A DNA stretch of 64,000 bases from Bugula neritina. Its lineage: Eukaryota; Animalia; Bryozoa. The DNA is taken from positions 34,806,080 to 34,870,079 of the forward strand of contig OZ037765.1 in NCBI GenBank assembly GCA_964035545.1. The letters run 5' to 3'. Below the pieces are notes generated by a model. The model was not told the DNA's origin, searched no databases, and saw nothing but the letters and a program-made list of their open reading frames with translations. This document shows positions 52,801-61,800 of this stretch, piece by piece. Numbering within the stretch: the first letter of the stretch is position 1; every line of letters begins with the position of its first letter. A program made the translations under genes and the position numbers.

Positions 52801-55800
52801 TCTACCTGACAATATATTCACATCCTTACCATCATTGAGAAAGTTGTACATGAATTACTGTGAACTGTCAACTCTACCGAACAGGTGTGTATTATATTAT
52901 AGTGTAGAATGATACTGTAATAAATATATATATTGTTCTTGCAAATTATATTACTTTGATACTGGAAAGGTCTGAGTTTGTAGTTTTTAATCTCGTTTCT
53001 AATATATATTATCATATCACTCACTCTAGCACTCCATACCAACCATATGAAACTCAGGCAGATTAGAATGTTGCTGTCCTCACCATGTAACTGATATTTC
53101 ATATACCTGTATGTTATGTTACAGCATGTCTTCACTGAGGAATCTTGAGGTATTCAATATATCAAGGAATAACCTATCTGAAGGTCTACCTGACAATATA
53201 TTCACATCCTTACTATCATTGAGAGAGTTGAACATGTTGCGCTGTAAGCTGTCAACTCTACCAAACAGGTGTGTATTATATTATAGTGTAGAATGATACT
53301 GTAATATATATAATATCTCATCAGTAACTCAGCAACTGTCTGTATACATAGCAAAGGTTTCTACAGTTACACTCAAGTTGAGGATAGTCTGTTGAGACTA
53401 GAGCTAAGCTGTCAGCGTGTCAGCATTTTCCATGATATTTTCTTAATTCTGTGTATTTCCTGCCTGTTTTAGCTGTGAGTCATTTAGGAAGGCGAATTGC
53501 ATTTTTGTTGGTTAGAAGGGATAGGATTTCTACTTGATAGCTTACCATGTGTACAGTACTAATTCCTGTGTACTCTGAAGCTAGGATATTTCTGATCAGC
53601 TATCAGATTTACAAATTGTTAGATGCTACAGAATTTGGGGTTTAGAGTTCAGACAATAGTTTGTATACAAACACTGCACCCTACGACCCCAAGCTTTGTG
53701 CTGCATTCATCAATTCCCATCAGATTTTATCCCATGCAGTTGTTGGTTGTTGAGTGCTGATTGGCTGAGTTGTTCCGCTTGTATCACGTGCTGCAAGCCT
53801 GAATGTTTTCTCTTTTACTGGAAGTTCATTTATTCAGTTTAAAAAACCACAATCATAAACATGAAGGGTGGTTTGCCTTCTTCCATCTATAAGTAGAACA
53901 TATAATTGGTTGTTGAATGCAAACAAGTCTGACCCTCCTACCTGTCAGGGACTTGAAGTGAATATCTTTCAACCATTGGTTGGTGAGTAATATCTCTGTG
54001 CATAACACAGATGTTACAGGATTTAATTCACTTAGCCATATCTCTACACAGAGCTGGCCACCAGAAGTGGTGCTGAGTCCTCACTCTACACTCATGTACC
54101 CCCTGATGGCCCTTGTGACACATTTCTAAATATCCTGACTGTAGAAAGACTAGGGAATGTACACCCTGGACTTGTACATTAGCATGTTATTATAAGCTTG
54201 TAAATAATGTAGGACTGTATAAAGCTGTGTTAGCCCACCTGTCAAACCGCTACCATTTTTTGGTCGTGCAAATTCTATTACTATTATACTGATATGGTCT
54301 GAGTTTGTAGTTTGTAGTGTCGTTTCTAATATTTATTATCATATCACTCACTCTAGTACTCAATACCAACCATATGGATCTCAGACAGATTAGAATGTTG
54401 CTAACCTCACCATGTAACAGATCTTTCATACCTGTATGTTATGTTACAGCATGTCTTCACTGAAGAATCTTGAGGTATTGAATATATCATGGAATAAGCT
54501 ATCTGAAGATCTACTTGACAATATATTCACATCCTTACTATCATTGAGAAAGTTGAACATGAGTTACTGTGAACTGCCAACTCTACCAAACAGGTGTGTA
54601 ATATATTATAGTGTAGAATGATACTGTAATATATATATAATATCTCATCAGTAACTCAGCAACTGTCTGCATACATAGCAAAGGTTTCTACAGTTAACAC
54701 TGAGGTTGAGGATACTCTGTTAGGACTTAAGCTAAGCTGTCAGCATTTAAGCATTTTCCATGATAATTTTTTATTTCTGTGTATTTTCCACCTGCTTTTA
54801 GCTGTGAGTCATTCAGGGAGGTGAATTGCATTTTTGTTGGTTAGAAGGGATAGGATTTCTACTTGATAGCTTACCATGTGTACAGTACTAATTCCTGTGT
54901 ACTCTGAAGCTAGGATATTTCAGATCAGCTATCAGATTTACAAATTGTTAGTTGCTACAGAATTTGGGGTTTAGAGTTCAGACAATAGTTAGTATACAAA
55001 CACTGCACCCCACGACCCCAAGTTTTGTGCTGCACTCATCAATTCCCATCAGATTTTATCCCATGCAGTTGTTGGTTGTTGAATGCTGATTGGCTGATTT
55101 GTTCTGCTTGTATCACGTGCTGCAAGCCGGAATGTTTTCTCTTTTGCTGGAAGTTCATCTATTCAGTTTAAAAAACTACAATTATAAACATGAAGGGTGG
55201 TTTGCCTTCTTCCATCTATAAGTACAACATATAATTGGTTGTTGAATGCAAACAAGTCTGACCCTCCTACCTGTCAGGGACTTGAAGTGAATATCTGTCA
55301 ACCATTGGTTGGTGAGTAATATCTCTGTGCATAACACAGATGTTGCAGGATTTAATTCACTTAGCCATATCTCTACACAGAGCTGGCCACCAGAAGTGGT
55401 GCTGAGTCCTCACTCTACACTCATGTACCCCCTGATAGCCCTTGTGACACATTTCTAAATATCCTGACCGTATAAAGGCTAGGGAATATAAAGGTCTGAG
55501 TTTGTAGCTTTTAGTCTCGTTTCTAATATGTATTATCATAGCACTCACTCTAGTACTCAATACCAACCATATGGATCTCAGACAGATTAGAATGTTGCTA
55601 ACCTCACCATGTAACAGATATTTCATATCTGTATGTTGTGTTACAGCATATCTTCACTGAGGAATCTTGAGGTATTGAATATATCAGATAATAACCTATA
55701 TGAAGGTCTACCTGACAATATATTCACATCCTTACTATCATTGAGAGAGTTGAACATGGAGAACTGTGAACTGTCAACTCTACCAAACAGGTGTGTATTA

Positions 55801-58800
55801 TATTATAGTGTAGAATGATACTGTAATATATATATAATATCTCATCAGTAACTCAGCAACTGTCTGCATACAAAGCAAAGGTTTCTACAGTTACACTCAA
55901 GTTGAGGATATTCTGTCAACATTTAAAATTATTCAAAGTTATTCTATAAAACTCATTTGTTAACTGGCATTTTAACTTAACCAGTTCTCAGTCTATGATT
56001 TGTCTATACAAGAAACTGCTTTCTCTGTTTATTAGAGTTATCTTCCCTCTAATATAACCAACTCTGTCACTCACACTTCTGTTATGTCATATTGGACCTC
56101 TGTAGCTCAAACTAAACTGTCACACAACTTATTTAAAGTTTCTCCAAATTCTCATTTACTACTTGACTAATAACTGACTCCGTTAACTCTCAGTCTATGA
56201 TTTGCCAGATCCTAGGCTATAGAATGAGTTCATACCTGTATGTTATGTTACAGCATGTCTTCACTGAGGAATCTTGAGGTATTGGATATATCAAGGAATA
56301 ACCTATCTGAAGGTCTACCTGACAATATATTCACATCCTTACTATCATTGAGAGAGTTGGACATGGGGTACTGTAAACTGTCAACTCTACCAAACAGGTG
56401 TGTATTATATTATAGTGTAGAATAATACTGTAATATATATAATATCTCATCAGTAACTCAGCAACTGTCTGCATACATAGCAAAGGTTTCTACAGTTACA
56501 CTCAGGTTGAGGATATTCTGTTGAGACTAGAGCTAAGCTGTCAGCATTTAAGCATTTTCCATGATAATCTTTTATTTCTGTATCATGTGCTGCAAGCCGG
56601 AATGTTTTCTCTTTTACTGGAAGTTCACCTATTCAGTTTAAAAAAGTGCAATTATAAACATGAAGGGTGGTTTGCCTTCTTCCATCTATAAGTACAACAT
56701 ATAATTGGTTGTTGAATGCAAACAAGTCTGACCCTCCTACCTGTCAGGGGCTTGAAGTGAATCTTTCAACCATTGGTTGGTGAGTAATATCTCTGTGCAT
56801 AACACAGATGTTGCAGGATTTAATTCACTTAGCCATATCTCTACACAGAGCTGGTCACCAGAAGTGGTGCTGTGCCCTATCTCTACATTCATTTACCCCC
56901 TGATGGCCTTGTGGCACATTTCTAAATATCCTGACTGTAAAGACTAGGGAATATACACTCTGGACTTGTACATTAGCATATTATTATAAGCTGGTAAATA
57001 ATGTAGGACTGTATAAAGCTGTGTTAGCCCACCTGTCAAACTGCTACCATTTTTTGGTCGTGCAAATTCTAATACTTTTATACTGATAGGGTCTGAGTTT
57101 ATAGTTTGTAGTGTCGTTTCTAATATTTATTATCATATCACTCACTCTAGTACTCAATACCAACCATATGGATCTCAGACAGATTAGAATGTTGCTAACC
57201 TCACCATGTAACAGATATTTCATATATGTATGTTGTGTTACAGCATGTCTTCACTGAAGAATCTTGAGGTATTGAGGATATCATGGAATAACCTATCTGA
57301 AGGTCTACCTGACAATATATTCACATCCTTACTATCATTGAGAGGGTTGAGCATGCAGAGCTCTGAACTGCCAACTCTACCAAACAGGTGTGTATTATAT
57401 TATAGTGTAGAATGATACTGTAATAAATATAATATCTCATCAGTAACTCAGCAACTGTCTGCATACATAGCAAAGGTTTCTACAGTTACACTCAGGTTGA
57501 GGATATTCTGTTGAGACTAGAGCTAAGCTGTCAACGTGTCACATTTAAGCCATTTTCCATGATAATTTTTTAATTTTATGTATTTCCCCGAATTGCATTT
57601 TTGTTGGTTAGAAGGGATAGGATTTCTACTTGATAGCTTACCATGTGTACAGTACTAATTCCTGTGTACTCTGAAGCTAGGATATTTCAGCTCAGCTATC
57701 AGATTTGTGACACATATCTAAATATCCTGACTGTAGAAAGACTAGGGAATGTACACCCTGGACTTGTACATTAGCATATTATTATAAGCTGGTAAATAAT
57801 GTGGGACTGTATAAAGTTGTGTTAGCCCACTTGTCAAACTGCTACCATTTTTTGGTCGTGCAAATTCTATTACTTTGATACTGATAGGGTCTGAGTTTGT
57901 AGCTTTTAGTCTCGTTTCTAATATTTATTATCATAGCACTCACTCTAGTACTCAATACCAACCATATGAAACTCAGGCAGATTAGAATGTTGCTAACCTC
58001 ACCATGTAACAGATATTTCATATCTGTATGTTGTGTTACAGCATGTCTTCACTGAAGAATCTTGAGGTATTGAATATATCAGGGAATAACCTATCTAAAG
58101 GACTACCTGACAATATATTCACATCCTTACTATCATTGAGAGAGTTGACCATGAGGAACTGTAAACTGCCAACTCTACCAAACAGGTGTGTATTATATTA
58201 TAGTGTAGAATGATACTGTAATAAATATATCATCAGTAACTCAGCAACTGTCTGCATACATAGCAAAGGTTTCTACAGTTACACTCTGGTTGAGGATATT
58301 CTGTTGAGACTTAAGCTAAGCTGTTAGTAATTTCTATGACATCACAGCTGCCATAAGGCTTTGGTTTACTGGTCATAAAATAATTTAAGCTTTCATTAGT
58401 TTATGTATTTGAATTTTTAATAATTTGGCTCAAAGTTTGGGTATCTAATAAATTTTATCTAGCAAAAATAGAAGCAGAATAAGTGGTAGTAAAATTATCA
58501 TTGAACGTCAACACTGACTCAACCATGTTTTTTTACACTTTCATGCAGCTGGTAGAATTGAAAACACAATTGTTTTCTTTTTTGTTCAATGCAAGACAAC
58601 TTTGTACGGGTTGCATAGGAAGGAGTAGTTTTTTATTCAATTCCATGGAAGAGTAGCACATTGGATAAAGTTATGTTAGCAGATTTAACTAAATACTTTT
58701 ATTCATTTTCACCCTTACTATTGTAAGTTATGTAGATAATACCAAATCTAATTTTAATTAGTGGAGTATTAGATATACTACCCAGCTGCAGGCTAGGATA

Positions 58801-61800
58801 GCTATACAATAACTATTTACAGTGTGCAGTAATATATATATTATGTGGTATAAACAGAAATAATTATTAAGATATGATTATTAGATTGTGTGAACAATGC
58901 ATAGAATACTGTGATATCTGGTAACAACATTTACCAGATATCCACAAAATATATATTTCTATATCAACAAACCCTGCCTTTGTTTGAACTCTCTATTATT
59001 TGTGATGTTTACCAAAGCAGTTCATACAAAGGTCAAGGATACATTCTTTAACTATAATATATAACCATTCTATAACTTTCTATATTACCCATTAATGTAA
59101 TGAATATATTTGCAATGTTAACTTCTAGACATTATCACTCAACAAAGAGGGTGCTCTTATTTTTGCATGAAGTCAAATTTTTGATATAAAAGTTATCATG
59201 TGATAGTAAAGACACTACAACTTGTACTGACAGTGTATAGTGTTCTATTTACTAGCATGCAGAGTCTACAGAAGTTGGAGATACTGGAAATACCAGATAA
59301 TAAGTTCACCAGTTTACCATCTCCTGTGTGCCCACTGAGTAGTCTGCAGAAACTGAATATATCCTCCAATAAGTCCCTGACATCCTTAGATCCTGAGATA
59401 CTACAGCTAACTCAACTTCGTACACTGTATGTATATGGTTGTAATGCTCTCACCTCTCCTCCACCAGAAGTATGTGAGAGAGGAGTAGATGCTGTGAGAC
59501 AATATTACACAGACTTGGCTGAAGGTGCTGGTAGAAGTCTTCCATTTGCTACTATAGCTGTGCTGGGTAATACGATGGCTGGGAAGACCAGTCTAATCAG
59601 AACATTACAGAATGCTGGCCGAAAGAGAGTTCTGACCGACAGAGGACCAGATGCTGTGAGAGATGAGACAACAAAGGTGTTTAATGTTGAAGAAGTGGAG
59701 GTGGATGGTACAGTACTCCGTGTCATTGATATGGGAGGCCAGGAGGTCTACCATATCACCTATCAACTGACACTGAGACAGAACTGTATTCCAGTCATAG
59801 TAGTCAACATGGAACAGTATGAGGAGATTTCAAGTGAATCAACACACAGAGAAGCTGTTAGAAGATTAGCCTTTGATTACATGTCTCACCTCTATCTGGC
59901 TAACCCAACTCTGGGTGCTCCAAAACTTATCTTCACACATAAAGATAAGTTTCAAAATGCAGAATTCCAGAAGCTTCGAAAAAACTTTCTAGAAACTTCC
60001 AATCAACTGTGTGAGGAAATGATTAGAGAAGAGAAAGCATTGGGTGGAAAATTTGCTCAAATCAAACATTTTAGTGAATCAACTGAAGGAGTCTTTCTTG
60101 GTGAGGACATTTATGAGGTGGGGAAAGATGATACGTATGAAGTGTTTGACCTGATCAAGGAGTCTCTTCTTCAAAGCAGTCAACATTTTGTGAAACCTTT
60201 ACCTTTGGTCTGGGAGGAAATGAATGAAAAAGTGCTCTCTATTTCCTCTGTGTACAGCACTTTTGATGAGATACTGAACTATGTGCAAACCGAACTTCAA
60301 CACATTGAGTCAAGTCAGCTGGACATAATCCTCACACACATGCATGACTGCGGCAAAGTCTTGTGGTATAAAGATATCAGCTCTCTCCGGCCATACATAT
60401 TCCACAAAATTTCACAAGTCACCAAACTTCTCTGTGTCTTGTATCATCATGATCCTAGCATATGGCAGAGTAGAGTTGACAAGTTCCAGCCATGTTTTTC
60501 AGAGGACGGGATGCCTGTTGAAAAAGAAGACTTTGAGAGATTTGTTAATCATTTCACTGAGACTGGTTTGATGATGCAATGCCTTCTCATTCATCTGGTT
60601 AAACAAGAAACATTATTTACCAGTCTGGAAGACGTAGAAGTTGCTGTTTGCTTGCTTCGCACATTCCGTTTGTTATATGGTCCTTTACCTGGTGATTCCA
60701 AGGAGCCCTGCTTTATTGTTCCCCAGTTTGCTAACGACCTCTTTGATACCTCTCACTCCTCACCAAAAAACATGCTCCTTCGAGTTGAAACTAAATTCAA
60801 TGGTCTAGCCCTGCCACACTATGTTTACCACCAGATGATTGTTGGGTTGTTGGAGCTGTTTCCAGACGAGTTTGCCGTGATTGAAGTGAGAAGAAATGGA
60901 GCCAATGTCTATCAAGATGGGATCTACACACAGCTGGTACACGACTATACATCTAGAAAGGTGTTGCTCTACGTATCATCTAATGCTGCCAACATCAGCA
61001 GAATGTGGGAGAGACTCATCACCGCCAACAAAAACATCCTTAGACATGTTCTAGAAACTTGGACGGCAAGTAGACCAGTCACTACATGCTACTGTGCTCA
61101 CTGTCTTCTGCTAGGACTTCCTTGTCCTAAGAAAGTGATGAATCCTCCATGGTGTCTTCGTTCCTTGAAACATTCCACACCACGTCCCGGACTGTGTAGT
61201 GGATCTTCAACAACTCTGTGTGGTTATGAGGAGATACCGAGTGCTTTTCTCTATCCATGTATGTTTACATTCAGTTTGAAGTGAATATCTAGTTTTGCTC
61301 GCTTTCAGCAGTCTTTCCACTATTTATGTTCTGATAGTAATAAACATATAACTTCCATGTGGTAACTGACAGTTTTTCATTCTCTAGGCAGTCCTCTCTC
61401 TCCAGAAGAAGCTGATAACATAAAAGAACGCGTCAACAAACTGAGATCTGCAAGAGAAGAGACTGCTTCAACTGTCCCTGGTATGATCAGTTTTCTATCA
61501 TAAACTGTCACTGTTAGAAGTAACATCCTCTGCCTGAGCTCAGTCATATGTAAACAGCAATAGACAAGAACTCATGACACTCAGTTATATAGAACAAGAT
61601 CACTCAGCTTCAGTTATTGTAATTGATCTATATAATTACTGATTAAAAGTGGAAAATATGATTCTGTTCCTGGTTTACAGTCATTTTGATACTTAGTATA
61701 TCTTTTACTTATTAGCACTGAACATATCTCCTTTTTTGTTTATTTTAGTACTGGGTGAAGATGATAACCTCAGTGAATGCTCTGATGTAGAAGAGGAAGG

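Noticed and set aside
43535-57870. RSS-like or recombinase signals flanking the LRR exons
   Set aside because: No heptamer/nonamer or inverted signal recognised; the conservation is explained by tandem duplication, so somatic rearrangement remains unproven.
30123-58213. Ten standalone 61-65 aa MLCYS...YYSVE small proteins
   Set aside because: The ATG and stop lie in conserved intron flanks; the AG/GT sites define internal exons.
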